Shown here: positions 30,738-41,630 of the stretch, one piece after another
How the letters are laid out: every line of letters begins with the position of its first letter
Numbering within the stretch: the stretch's first letter is position 1
Virus record (IMG/VR): IMGVR_UViG_3300029610_000357
Span: 1 to 52,284 of that record
Direction: 5' to 3' (one strand)
From: a virus
Lineage: Duplodnaviria; Heunggongvirae; Uroviricota; Caudoviricetes
Length of the DNA stretch: 52,284 nucleotides
Position numbers and translations under genes: made by a program
Notes under the pieces: generated by a model
Databases searched by the model: none
What the model saw: only the letters and a program-made list of their open reading frames with translations
Told to the model about the DNA's origin: nothing

Positions 30738-31370
30738 ATTAAATTCTCCTTTTCTTCAGAAAGGTGCACCAAATGGCATAGAACAGATGGTGCTGATGAT
30801 TTGCTTATCCTTCTATGCATATATGGCTAATTTACTACCCCTTTAAAACACCAGGCTCTACCTAATGTTTTAAGACTCAATTAATGTGGTAAGTCTGCTA
30901 GAGCAGTATAAAAAGAGTATTAAATTATGTTAATAAGTATTTATAATATATCATATAAAATTCATTTCCCTATGTGCAAGCATGTTTCCATGCTGATAAT
31001 TTTCTAGCGGCACATTCGCATACAGTTCTGATCATCCCTTTCTGATGTCACTCGTAAGGTGAGTTAACCAGATTCCCATTATGATCGATGGACGTTCCTC
31101 TAATATAGAGGCTTCGCTGCGGATTCTGTATAAATATTGATCTTATTACTATATCTTAGGAATTACCCCTTGCCCTTAATACATCACTGTACTAAGTTAG
31201 TAATCAATATCGTTTAACAGTTCCCGTACATAAATTATCAAAAAGTATTTCAGTTTCGGTTGTTTTCTAAGCAATCTCTTATTTGTATCACCATTTCGAT
31301 ACAAACTCGTTCTGTGTTACCACTAGATTGCTCTGGGCATTGTACATGAGGACAACTGATAATTTGCCCT

Positions 31371-34300
31371 ACCCAGCTTTCCTTTCGCTCCTGCGACTCC
31401 TAAAGCGCCCATAAAGGCTGTTCTAAGAAGCCCAGCTTTAGTTACTAAATTTGTTATTTGAGTTCCAGCATCTACAAGTCCTTTGATAAAATCAGAAGAA
31501 ATAGAAGTGTTCCACATTTCTTGGAAACTTGCTGTCAGCTGATCAACTTTACCTTGGATGGAATCAAGTTGAGTTTCGTTTTCACGAAGAGCTGATCCTT
31601 CTGAGTTTTGTGTTTCGTTGTAGACTTTTTCAAGCATCTCTGGATTCTGTAAAATACTGGCAACAATATTAGCTCTATTTTTTCCTGCAATTTTCTCTAA
31701 AATAGAAGCTTGTTTAAGGTCACCACCATCGGTAGAACCAATTTCGCTCCAGATCTTACCCAATCCAAGTAAAAATTCATATGGATTTTTATAAGATCCA
31801 TCATTTTTTAATAAATCAAAGCCTTTGTAGTCGTTTGATGCTACTTTAGTTTGATTTTTAATGAGATCTCTCAACTGAGATGTGTTCTGAATGTAACCAT
31901 CAACATCTTCACCTGCTTCTTGAAGCACATTCATATCAGTGCCTCGAATTCTTAAGGATACTGTTTTTAAACCAGCTCCAACGCTCTCAGGATTTTGCAC
32001 GACGGAATTCCCAACTGTAGTAAGAGCAACTGACTGTTCATAGTTAGCACCTGCCGCCTGTAAAGCACTAGCAGATCTCTGTAATGAACTAGCAATCTCA
32101 TCTGATGAAATAGGCTCTAAGTTACCGATATTATTCAAAACATCAACAACATTTTCTACATCGTCAGCACCTTTATTGAATCCCTGCATGATAGAAATCA
32201 ATGCATTAGTAGCATCATCTACTTGCTCAAATTCTGATACATTCATGAGAATACCTGTCCATTTAGACATCTTCTCAGAATCTTGTGTGTTATAACCTAA
32301 TCTAGCCCAATCAGCAGTAGATTTAGTTAATTCCACAGCATCTCTACCGATATCTTTACCAGTAGCATACATATCTTTTTCGACAGTAGCATAAACATCA
32401 CTCGTATCACTTGTGACTTTCTTTAACTCTGTCATTGCAGCATCCATTTCTTTGATGCTTTCAATTCCTTGTTGGAATCCTTGCCATACGACATCAATTC
32501 CACCCATTGAGATCAAGTACTTACTTAACTTAGTAACTTCTTGACCCATATCTCCAACAATTTGTCCGAACAAACTCTTATATTCAGAACGACTCTTAAG
32601 CTGTGATCTAGCAATACCAGTATCCTGATTAAAATTAATAGCATACTTTTCAAGCTTTCCATCATCTCTTGATCTTGCTTTGATATAAGCAGCCATTCCA
32701 TTTCTACCCATACTAGTTTCAAGAATGTTACTGTTTACACCAGAAGCTCTAAATAATTCTTCAGCTTTAGCTTCATTGAAATCATTTAAGGATAATCCTT
32801 CTCCGATAACAGTTCCCTGATTGTTCTGGAGCTTAAATTGGTTTCTTTGTCTTCCAAGTTCCGTAAGAGAAGCGCTTAGCTCATTGATACGTTTTGTATC
32901 TTTTTCAATCTCTTCATCATTAAAAAGAATTTTTCCATCGTGTTTGTTTTTAAGGTCATCTAATTCTTCAATAACGCCCCTAACTTTTATAGCAAAGTCT
33001 TCGGTATATTGATTAAGATCCTGATTAACAATTGTTTTTGATAAAGCTCTGTTTGCTGCATTTTTTACTTTCTTAGACTCAGGATTGACTAAGCCAAGAA
33101 TAGATTCTTCATTATTACTTGCTTTAGCATTTGGAGATTTTGTGGTTGTACCTCCACCAAAAATCTTATTCATATGCTTAAGACCAGTAGCAATCTCACC
33201 AGTAAGATTAAATTTCTTATTTAAATTATCAACCAGTCTTGTAACTTCACGAATTGAACTACCAATACCAGCAAAAGCACCTGCGATCTTAGCAGAATAA
33301 GCAGTAGACTTGTCAGCCAAATTAGCAATCTTATTTGTCATAGTCTCAATATCAGAAGCTTTCTTGTCTGTAAAAGACTGTCCTGTATTGAACTTAACTT
33401 TTAAATCAAGATTCTTTTTTAGGTCATTGATAATCTTCTCAACAGTAACCAAATCATCTAATACGGCATCAGTATTAATACCAACTTTAATGGGTTCAGA
33501 AGCTTTCTCTCTTAAAGAAGTAAGCTTGCTTTCGGCTTGTGTTAACTCTTCATCATTAACATTGATGTCAATTTTTGTGTCTCCACTGTTAGAATCCTCT
33601 TTAAATTTTTGAGTTGAAGTAATAGCTTTCTCAAGATCTTCAACATTGCCTTTAAAATTAACCGCAACGTCAATAGCATCCTTAGAGCGAAGTTCATTTA
33701 CTTGTTGAAGAATGTTATCAATATTCTCTGTATTAGCTTTAAAATTAATAGTAATATCTATATTTTCTTTTGACCTTAGTTCATTAATTTCTTGTAAAAT
33801 TGTATTGAACTCGGAATCGTTTGCTTTAAGATTAACAATGATATCTTTGCCTTCGTAAGAAGCAATCTTTTCATCAACCTTAGCTAACGCAGATTCTAAC
33901 TGAGAAGTGTCAGCAGTAACTTTTACAGAAGATTCTTTGAGATGTTCACCTTCTGTAACACTGTTTGTCTTAGTTTCAGTAACATTTCTGCTTGGAAGTT
34001 CACGAATTGCATCTTTGTTTTTGCTTAACCATTCACGGCTTTCTTGAGACCAAGGAGTTTCAATAGTAGCTCCTTTTTCAGCTTTAATAGATGTGTATGT
34101 ATCAACAGTTTTAACAGCTTCTTGAAGACCTTTAGCTTCCTCGGCATAGATATTTTCTTCATTCTTAATCTTTTCATTGAATTTCTGGATATATTCTCTA
34201 GCGCTTTGGAAAGTACTGATCAGGTCTTTGTTACTCATGTCTTTCATGTCAGCAGGCATTTCAAAATCTCTATCAACTTCCCTTTGACGGAGTTCTAATT

Positions 34301-35465
34301 TTTTAACTGCTTCAGATAAGAATTGTGTAATATTTTTATCAACAGCATGAGTAGTAGAACCTTCTTCTGGCTGATAATTGCTTAGTATTTTACTGTAATA
34401 CTCGGCTTTTTGTAGTTCCTCATCGGTAAGAGTTTCACCTTTGGATTGTTTTTCCATCAGGTTCTTACTACCGGCTTTTGCACCGTTGTATTGTTGAGGA
34501 CTAATTGCTTGTCCTTCTTGAAATTTATATGGTTTACTAGAGTCGAACCCAGAAATCAAAATACCTTCTTGGGCTAAAATATCACTCCATTGTTTATTGA
34601 ATTGGTTTTTAAGTTTATTAGTTACTCCTGTAGTCTTTTTGATATTTCTATCAGTGCTAGTCATAGCCTGAGTAAGAGCCTTATTAACCTGTTTAACAAC
34701 ATCCTCTTCGATCGGAGATAAAATATTTTTTAAGTCGATTCCCTGGGCTTGGAACAGGCTTTTATAACCTTCTGTACCTGCAAAATCAGTTTGTCCTGTT
34801 AGCAATTCTTTTATAAACTTTTGTCTAGAAGTAATAGTATTTCTTAACTCACCAGCTCGTTTGAGCATTTCATCGTTCTTACTCCAATCAGAATTTGACA
34901 TTAAACCATGCAGTTCTTCAAAAGCTTTTCCAATGTCTTCTTGAGCTAGCATTCCGGCCATTGCATATTCTTTAAAATCATTTAAAGAGATACCATTTTT
35001 AGAATTACCATGTAATTTGTTATATTGTGTTTTAGATTCGTTGTAAAAATCTTTATATTTATCTTGCTTATAAGTCTTTTTTTGTACTTCGTTTACCTTA
35101 GAAGCAGCTCTTGTGGCAAGATCACTGTCCTCGTAGCTACGTTTAGAAACCTTGCTTAAATTGTCGTTCTTAATTTTTTCAAGATCATTGTAAGTAGTTT
35201 TAAGATTCTTTAACTTCTTTTCTGCATCGGCCAGATCTTTAGATTCATATACAAATTGAAAATTTGTTAATCCAGTTTTATCAATATAACTTCTGATGCT
35301 TTTAGCAACTTTATCCATAGAGGATTTATTGATATTAGCACCAATAGGTACTTGGACTTGTTTAAAACCATTTACTACTTCGCTTTTAGCTTTTTCTAAA
35401 GAGGCTTGATCAACGTCAACCCCCATAGAGGCAGTAAAAGAAATTACTTGTGTACTTTCTGCCAT
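31371..35465 (-). CDS. tape measure protein, exon 1 of 3
   Basis: TMP core motifs MDAAMTELKKVT, WARLGY, VGAGLKTVSLRIRG, GSALRENE..LDSIQGK; coding character ends at the predicted 5' splice site. Confidence 0.9.
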
Positions 35466-35468
35466 TTA

Positions 35469-35966
35469 TTAGTTCACCCCCTGTGATTTAAAGTCAGCTA
35501 TCATTGCAGCTTTTAATTCGTTCATATATTGCCCTTGTACGATCGCCATAGCTTCTTGAGCACAACTAGCTTCCAACTCAGCTCTTCGGCTGTTAACATC
35601 GTTCTCTATAGTCTGCATAGGACTAGGAGAAGAAGTAGGAGTTCCAACATTGTATCCACCATGTTCTCCACCAATAAAGTCCCATTCAAATACTGTTTCA
35701 GGACTCTGATTATAGTGCCCACCTATAGAAGCAGAAGAGATAGTAATTCCACCTTTCGCTGTTCCAGGCCCACTGATAGTTTTAACCAAAGGTTGACTAG
35801 CTTCATATAGTCCATAGCTTCGTCCATATTGCTTAGGACTGTAATCTCCATAAAAGCTGGCTGCAGCCAATTCACCAATTTCTTTCAATTTTTCTGATGC
35901 CAATTGAGCAGCCAAATTAGCTGCAGCAACATTCATTTTCGTTAACACTTCCTGTGCTTTGCTCAT
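35469..35966 (-). CDS. hypothetical virion morphogenesis protein
   Basis: 165 aa, AAGGAG RBS, FYGDYSPKQYGRSY motif; tail module position. Confidence 0.65.
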   Translation of the reverse strand: MSKAQEVLTKMNVAAANLAAQLASEKLKEIGELAAASFYGDYSPKQYGRSYGLYEASQPLVKTISGPGTAKGGITISSASIGGHYNQSPETVFEWDFIGGEHGGYNVGTPTSSPSPMQTIENDVNSRRAELEASCAQEAMAIVQGQYMNELKAAMIADFKSQGVN

Positions 35967-36015
35967 GTAATTCTCCTTCCATTAAAAAAGAGCCTCACAT
36001 GAGACTCTTTCAAAA

Positions 36016-36552
36016 TTATTCTACTTTTAATTTTTCAATCATTGTTTTCATAACTTCAGTACTATCAATTCCTTTAGCACCTTCTACAATAGCTTCCTGA
36101 ATGCTTAGATTGATAAATCTTAATTCTCTTGAAACAATGGCTTCTAAAGAATTATGATTTCTCATATGATCTTCCCAAGCTAATTTATATAGTTTTTTGA
36201 ATTCTTCAAAATCTTTGCCAATTTCCTCTAAGATTCTATCAATCAATCCAGCTTCAGTAAGAGAGTCTAATACCTCGTAAGTACTTTCTCCTTCAAATTC
36301 AATATTTGTATAAAGCTGTAGAGTAGTAGTGATCAATACATGATAAGCACTGATTGAATTTACAGTAACTGTATAGCTTTCGCTTTCTTTTCCTAATGCC
36401 TTAATGATTTCTTCAATTGCGGTAATTTTTATTGCAATTGGAACATAATGACCAATCTTTAAGCTTGGGATAGCATGTTCTAATGTAGCTCCCTCTACAG
36501 AGCTATTAAATTCCTCAATAATAGTGTCTAAGTTTACTGTATTTTCTCCCAT
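36016..36552 (-). CDS. hypothetical protein (tail module)
   Basis: 178-aa acidic ORF with AAGGAG RBS. Confidence 0.65.
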   Translation of the reverse strand: MGENTVNLDTIIEEFNSSVEGATLEHAIPSLKIGHYVPIAIKITAIEEIIKALGKESESYTVTVNSISAYHVLITTTLQLYTNIEFEGESTYEVLDSLTEAGLIDRILEEIGKDFEEFKKLYKLAWEDHMRNHNSLEAIVSRELRFINLSIQEAIVEGAKGIDSTEVMKTMIEKLKVE

Positions 36553-36554
36553 AG

Positions 36555-37025
36555 TTATTTCTCCTTTTCTTTTTTCTGTTTCTCTTTTTCTTTTCGTCTC
36601 TTTCTTCTTTGAGACTGAATATATTCATAAGTTTTCCATCCACCATCAATCTTTGAGTATGCTACCCAATAAAAGTTGATATGAGGATATTTATATAGAA
36701 GTAATTTTCTTTTCATAGGTGCCACATGATCTGGCATACCTTTTACGTCAATGACATCTTCATGTCCGTCTTTATATGTAAGTACAAAATCTGCCACATA
36801 TTTAATAGGAAGATATTTTTTATCTTGATGTTCAAATCCTTCCTGTAATAAATATTCTTTCTGCCGTTCACAATAGGTGATTTCCCCTGAAAGAATACCC
36901 GGAAGAACAGCGTCTCTATAAAATCTCATTTCAAGAGCAGAGTCAAATACGATCCCATCACACATACGATTATCAGTTCGCTTACTAACATTGTACTTAC
37001 TGTCTCTTTGTTTCTTTTCGCTCAT
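36555..37025 (-). CDS. DUF1064-family PD-(D/E)XK-like nuclease
   Basis: SKYN...DGIVFDSALE...ERQKEYLLQ...IKYVADF...VIDVKGM; AAGGAGG RBS before ATG 37025. Confidence 0.8.
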   Translation of the reverse strand: MSEKKQRDSKYNVSKRTDNRMCDGIVFDSALEMRFYRDAVLPGILSGEITYCERQKEYLLQEGFEHQDKKYLPIKYVADFVLTYKDGHEDVIDVKGMPDHVAPMKRKLLLYKYPHINFYWVAYSKIDGGWKTYEYIQSQRRKRRKEKEKQKKEKEK

Positions 37026-37085
37026 AGTCCTCCTTATAAAATCCGTATAATAAAAAACAGCAGAAGTACCTGCTGCCATAATGTT

Positions 37086-37304
37086 CTAAATTAATTCATG
37101 TTTACACCAAGCATCATACAGGTGCTTAGTGTCTTCTCTGTTCCAAACAAATAAAATTTTGTTCTGATCGAATCTATTGTCTGGAATGATATCCAAAAGT
37201 TCAGCTCCATAGCTTAAGTATTTAAAGTTCTGAAGCATATTTGGAATAAATACACATTCATCCGGTTCATAAGTCTTCCCGGTAATTCCACTTGTAGTTT
37301 TCAT
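37086..37304 (-). CDS. small hypothetical protein
   Basis: 72 aa, AGGAGG RBS. Confidence 0.7.
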   Translation of the reverse strand: MKTTSGITGKTYEPDECVFIPNMLQNFKYLSYGAELLDIIPDNRFDQNKILFVWNREDTKHLYDAWCKHELI

Positions 37305-37402
37305 AGTTCCTCCTGCTTATAATTAAAAAAAGAGAGACACATAAAACCTAATGGCTATGTGTCTCTCAGTGATCATTTCTTTTCACTAAGAGATCCGCAA
37401 AC

Positions 37403-37741
37403 CTATCTCCATTTCTTCTTACCACGAGAGTAAGGAGAAGGAGAAGAGGAAGGGGATTGAGCCGTTTTGTTGGTCTCAGCGAAAACTTTCTCAATAACGC
37501 CTAAAACGTCAGGGAGAAAGTCAGATTTGTTAGTTAAATCACACTTGTCCAGTTTTTGTCTTGTTTGTTCAGCATTGCATTCGCCTGTAGAATATCTCTG
37601 ACAAGCATCAAATACTTTTCTACAATTGTCTGAATCAAAGATAAAATACCAAGATGGTTTATCTCTATCGACATCACAATGAGGACAGTAGTGATATGCC
37701 TTCCCACAACAAAAACAGGTTCTCTGTTTCGTTTCTCCCAT
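37403..37741 (-). CDS. Cys-rich hypothetical protein (possible Zn-binding)
   Basis: CFCCGKAYHYCPHC motif, GGAGG RBS. Confidence 0.7.
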   Translation of the reverse strand: MGETKQRTCFCCGKAYHYCPHCDVDRDKPSWYFIFDSDNCRKVFDACQRYSTGECNAEQTRQKLDKCDLTNKSDFLPDVLGVIEKVFAETNKTAQSPSSSPSPYSRGKKKWR

Positions 37742-37816
37742 GATATTCCTCCATTTCTAAATCGTTTCCAATCAAATAGCTGCCTTATCATCTGACAAGA
37801 CAGCTTTTAAATTTGA

Positions 37817-38620
37817 TTATTCTGTAGGCATTTTTGGTACGATGATATCGAAAAGTTTCTTTTCTTTATCACAGTACTGTTGCATACACTGGATTTCAAA
37901 TGGATGTTTACCATCAGTAGAGAATGTTAAGTCTACATTAGAGCTTAACTTAGCCTGTGGGAATACAAGATAAGCATTGTACAGTGTACTTACGTTACAT
38001 ACGTCAGCACCTAAAATCTGTACAATCAGTTTTCCAGCTTTAGGGAATTTTGTAGCACTGTTAGTTACTTTAACAGCTTCAGCTGTCTCATATTCGTATT
38101 CAACGAATAACTGAGAACCTTTAGATAAGCCAGTTGGTAATGTTACACTATCTGTTCCTTTAGCATGAACAAATTTATCATCACTTGCAGCTGCACCATT
38201 AGTATATTTCTTCCCTAATGTGCTATCACCTTTTAATTCATAGATGTATTTAATCTGCTCTGTAGGTGTGTGTTTTAATGTAACAGCAGTACCAGCTGCA
38301 ATATCAATTGTTTCGAAAGCTGTAGCAATTACTTTAGACTCAGCATCAGCAACCTGTTTCTTTGTACCAAACTGAGCAGCAGCTAATCCTAAATCGAATA
38401 AAGAGTTAGTTGCAGAGAAAGTAGCTTTCTTAGCTCTATCGAATTCCATAATAGGAACTTCAAGAGCATCAGTAGCCTGAGTTGTGTCAGACTCGCATTT
38501 AATAGATGGCTCTGTAATCTGATTAATAGACCATAAGATTTCTCCTGTGTCTGTATCTACCATGATTGCACGTAAGCATCTATCGATGACAAAGTTATTA
38601 ATGTCGAATGTACTTGCCAT
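37817..38620 (-). CDS. probable major tail (tube) protein
   Basis: 267 aa, beta-rich, strong AAGGAGG RBS, position after head-tail genes. Confidence 0.65.
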   Translation of the reverse strand: MASTFDINNFVIDRCLRAIMVDTDTGEILWSINQITEPSIKCESDTTQATDALEVPIMEFDRAKKATFSATNSLFDLGLAAAQFGTKKQVADAESKVIATAFETIDIAAGTAVTLKHTPTEQIKYIYELKGDSTLGKKYTNGAAASDDKFVHAKGTDSVTLPTGLSKGSQLFVEYEYETAEAVKVTNSATKFPKAGKLIVQILGADVCNVSTLYNAYLVFPQAKLSSNVDLTFSTDGKHPFEIQCMQQYCDKEKKLFDIIVPKMPTE

Positions 38621-38677
38621 GTTTAATCCTCCTTGAAATATTTAAAAATTTGTATAAAAAAAGCAGCTCCATAAGAG

Positions 38678-39394
38678 CTACTTAATCCAATTAAGGTCTT
38701 CAGTTTTGATTTTTGAGGTATCTATCATACCTGAATAGCATCCTTGTAAAAGTGCAACAGCTTGTTTCTTTTTCTGAATCTGTTCAACGCTAGACATAAA
38801 AGCTGAGATATTTAAATCTTGAACAGATTGATAATCATACTTGAACTCTTCAGTATTTACCATTGAGATAACAAGAGGAAGAAGTATTGGTTCAAACTCT
38901 TTGTTTTGATTCATTTCATATTTCATCTTGTCTTCTTCAATAAGGATTTTTTTAGTTTCTTCGTTACCAGCGATTTCTACTTTAGGTTTGAGGCCGTGCA
39001 AAGATCTAAAATAATCACATATTTTGATATAGGCTAGCTTGTCAATCATGATGTCGTCTTCCATATCAACAAGAACAAGGTCTCCATTTACTTGATTTTG
39101 AGCCATCTCAAATTTACTGAGGTCAACTCCCATGAACAATCGTTGAGATATGTCAGTTTCAAGAGTTGGAGCCATGAGCATAAATAAATCAAAGTCTTCA
39201 ACTTCTTCATAGTCTAATCCCAATTTAAAAAGCCTATATTTCATATCACTAGGAATACAGGTTAACGTAAATACAGCTTGGAAGTATTTGTCTTCACCCA
39301 TCTCTTTTATGTCTCTAAGAGTAGGTTGATGAATACTTATTGCATCATTGATATAATAATCATCTCCGAAAATGATAGACAGGTCTTTATCCAT
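38678..39394 (-). CDS. hypothetical protein (tail module)
   Basis: 238-aa ORF overlapping the upstream gene. Confidence 0.7.
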   Translation of the reverse strand: MDKDLSIIFGDDYYINDAISIHQPTLRDIKEMGEDKYFQAVFTLTCIPSDMKYRLFKLGLDYEEVEDFDLFMLMAPTLETDISQRLFMGVDLSKFEMAQNQVNGDLVLVDMEDDIMIDKLAYIKICDYFRSLHGLKPKVEIAGNEETKKILIEEDKMKYEMNQNKEFEPILLPLVISMVNTEEFKYDYQSVQDLNISAFMSSVEQIQKKKQAVALLQGCYSGMIDTSKIKTEDLNWIK

Positions 39395-39950
39395 GATCTA
39401 CCGCATTGTCAGGAATTTCCTCATGTGAGACATTGTTATGGGCATTATTTCTATTGTCCATTCGTCCCTGATAAGGATTACTTGGAGTGATCACTCGGAA
39501 TTTCAATGTCCTGCAAACATATCTGGTATCAGTAGTTCCTGACACATCGTATGTAAGTTTCATTTGAAATCCTAAATTGTTACTCCACTGAAAATTATCT
39601 CTGATGCAATATCCTAAAAGATCATGTCTTTCAGCTCCATAAGGAGTAGCGAGATTATCTTCGTGGCAAAATACTCTAAAAGTACATACCTGTTCTTTCA
39701 TCATCCCATTTCTGTCATTGATATCTACATCATCAATGTCGAAACAAATGAAATTCTGGACTTCAGATTGTACTGGTTCAATATGAACTGCGGGGAATAT
39801 GTTTACTCCCAAATATTCATCTGGAGAGTTTGGATCAAGTTTTGGGTTATCCAAAAGCTCGATAATATCAGAATCATTGTAAAGAATTTCTTTAATAATC
39901 CTTTTCTTGTAGATAATATCATCATCTATGTTCTGAAAATCTCTTATCAT
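39387..39950 (-). CDS. putative tail completion/terminator protein
   Basis: 187 aa, coupled to upstream stop (ATGA overlap); position. Confidence 0.5.
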   Translation of the reverse strand: MIRDFQNIDDDIIYKKRIIKEILYNDSDIIELLDNPKLDPNSPDEYLGVNIFPAVHIEPVQSEVQNFICFDIDDVDINDRNGMMKEQVCTFRVFCHEDNLATPYGAERHDLLGYCIRDNFQWSNNLGFQMKLTYDVSGTTDTRYVCRTLKFRVITPSNPYQGRMDNRNNAHNNVSHEEIPDNAVDHG

Positions 39951-40569
39951 AATCCAATCACCTCCGTCTGAAATTCAGCTGTTAAATCATCTACAAATGC
40001 TTGGATGGTGATCGTCTCACCAATTAGAGAGTACACCTTATGACATTTGATATTCACTGTTGTGTCATCACAAACAATGTCAAAGTCATCTAAGTGACCC
40101 TGTGGTACTATAACATTCCACTCCACTTTTTCAGGAGAAGAAGTAGTACCATCTCCACGTTTAATAATAGTAGAGAATTTTTTAGCACTACCGCCACATT
40201 TAATCTGTGGTTTAGCACCAGCAAAGTTGATCACCAATTTATCATCTGGAAGATCAGGCAACGTAGGCTTGTCTTCATCAGTTTCAAGAGTTGGTGGAAC
40301 TTCGGTTTTATAATAGTCGGCAATCAATTCGTCCACATTGTCTGTGTGACCATTGAAAGCATCTTGTTTTAATGTAATTTTTGTAATCCCAAGAGGAACT
40401 GCATCCTCTCGTTTTGTAACCTTCCATGCCACTGGATGTAATGGGTTACGTGTAATTAAGAATCGTGTATCGTAGTCTATGGTGTTTGTAACATCATTTG
40501 TTGGAACCCAGAATGAAATCTGGTTTTCTATACTCGTGATCAAATAATCTGTCCACACACCAGAATTGT
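39947..40569 (-). CDS. putative head-closure / neck protein, exon 2 of 2
   Basis: Join RSRNS-Y-NSGVWTDY; join(42351..41925,40569..39947) = 1050 nt, 349 aa; ORF-track GTG start at 40558 lacks an RBS. Confidence 0.75.
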
Positions 40570-40606
40570 TCTTAGTTTTATATTTAAGTCGTTAGCTTAA
40601 ATAGTT

Positions 40607-41539
40607 TTAATTTACATATAAAGAAAGATATTTATCATATTTTCGTTGTAGATATATATTAGCGTCTTTATACATCCAATCAGCGACTATTTTTCCGTTT
40701 TCACCATAAAAATCAATTACTCCAGTAAAGTCATTTCCCTTTTTTGCTGGTCTTAAATTAGCTTTTATGTCTGGAAAAAATTTAGATATCACTTCATAAA
40801 ATTTAGAGCAAAACTTTTTAGTAGATGTGATAGAAATAATGTTTTTTCTTACACAGCCATTTCCATCAAAATATCCCCTAATAAAATGAGAATGTAAATC
40901 TTCTCTAAGCCATGTTGGGTATTCTAAACAATAGCTTTTTCTTGGAACCATTCCAAGTGACTGTAATTGACGACACATATATGCACTAAAGATTAATAAA
41001 GTATATTGATCTTGATATGTATATCCAAAATCATGCTTATTAGAATTATCTACAAATCTTAAAGGATGTTCATTGCCAATTTCCTTATTAATTCTTTCAA
41101 GGATAGGACGATCACCTTTCTGTAAAGACATAGATATAGTCTGTTTAGGCATATAATTAGAACCATCTGCATCTAAAAATCCTAAAATATAAGCTTTTTC
41201 TGGAGTATCTATTTCATCAAAATAATGTTCATTTACTTTATAAGTTCTTTGGCCATTACCAATTCTTTTGATTCCATAAGTGTCCAGAATCCTTCCAACA
41301 AATTTATGATTGACACCATATTTTTTACCAATTGCTACAGAAGAGACTCCATCTCTATACATTTGAGCCATATCGTCTTTATGCTTTTGTGAAACGTCAT
41401 TATGAGTAAAACGTCCACCCTTTAAATCTTTTATAATTTTATGAATTTCAGGATATCCATCTCCTGTAATGTCTACAATTTCTGATAAAGTTTTTCCTTT
41501 TTTAAATAAATTTCTATAATAATCTGTTTCGTATTTCAT
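40607..41539 (-). CDS. intron-encoded double-motif LAGLIDADG homing endonuclease with N-terminal HTH-like segments
   Basis: KAYILGFLDADG and SHFIRGYFDGNG; AGGAGG RBS before ATG 41539. Confidence 0.92.
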   Translation of the reverse strand: MKYETDYYRNLFKKGKTLSEIVDITGDGYPEIHKIIKDLKGGRFTHNDVSQKHKDDMAQMYRDGVSSVAIGKKYGVNHKFVGRILDTYGIKRIGNGQRTYKVNEHYFDEIDTPEKAYILGFLDADGSNYMPKQTISMSLQKGDRPILERINKEIGNEHPLRFVDNSNKHDFGYTYQDQYTLLIFSAYMCRQLQSLGMVPRKSYCLEYPTWLREDLHSHFIRGYFDGNGCVRKNIISITSTKKFCSKFYEVISKFFPDIKANLRPAKKGNDFTGVIDFYGENGKIVADWMYKDANIYLQRKYDKYLSLYVN

Positions 41540-41566
41540 TGAATTTCCTCCTAAAAATTTCAATAT

Positions 41567-41630
41567 AAAAAAGACAGTAATTGTTGTGTTAGGAGCACAA
41601 CAAAAGAGGAGCTACCTCCTGTCCTGTCTT
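41567..41630 (-). promoter_or_regulatory. structured leader / terminator-like element upstream of the homing endonuclease
   Basis: AAGACAG/CUGUCUU closing stem enclosing hairpins AGGAG/CUCCU and UUGUUGUG/CACAACAA, followed by a U-tract. Confidence 0.6.

Larger units (their letters stand above)
29115..31370 (-). ncRNA. group I intron TMP-I1 (2256 nt) with cargo in the P9 region
   Basis: P1 CUGGGU/GCCCAG with U.G; P10 UGUACAA/UUGUACA; UACGGGAAC, AAUCCGCAG, P7 GAUCA/UGAUC (about 31082-31086 and 31029-31034); helix UAGGGAAAU(30972-30964)/AUUUCCCUG(29142-29134); terminal G at 29115; in-frame join KLG|LVQY. Confidence 0.88.

Noticed and set aside
29115..31370. IStron or IS element explanation for the large TMP inserts
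   Set aside because: No TnpA, TnpB or other transposase ORF and no terminal repeats or target duplications were seen in either insert
19916..35465. TMP, terL and neck gene fragments as pseudogenes or frameshift errors
   Set aside because: Each break coincides with a group I intron core, and exon joining restores the frame
35969..36030. Programmed frameshift of tail assembly chaperones upstream of TMP
   Set aside because: No convincing slippery heptamer; a hairpin and a separate RBS lie between the genes
40607..41539. LAGLIDADG ORF as an intein
   Set aside because: It has its own RBS and stop, is not fused in frame to the host gene, and lies within an RNA intron
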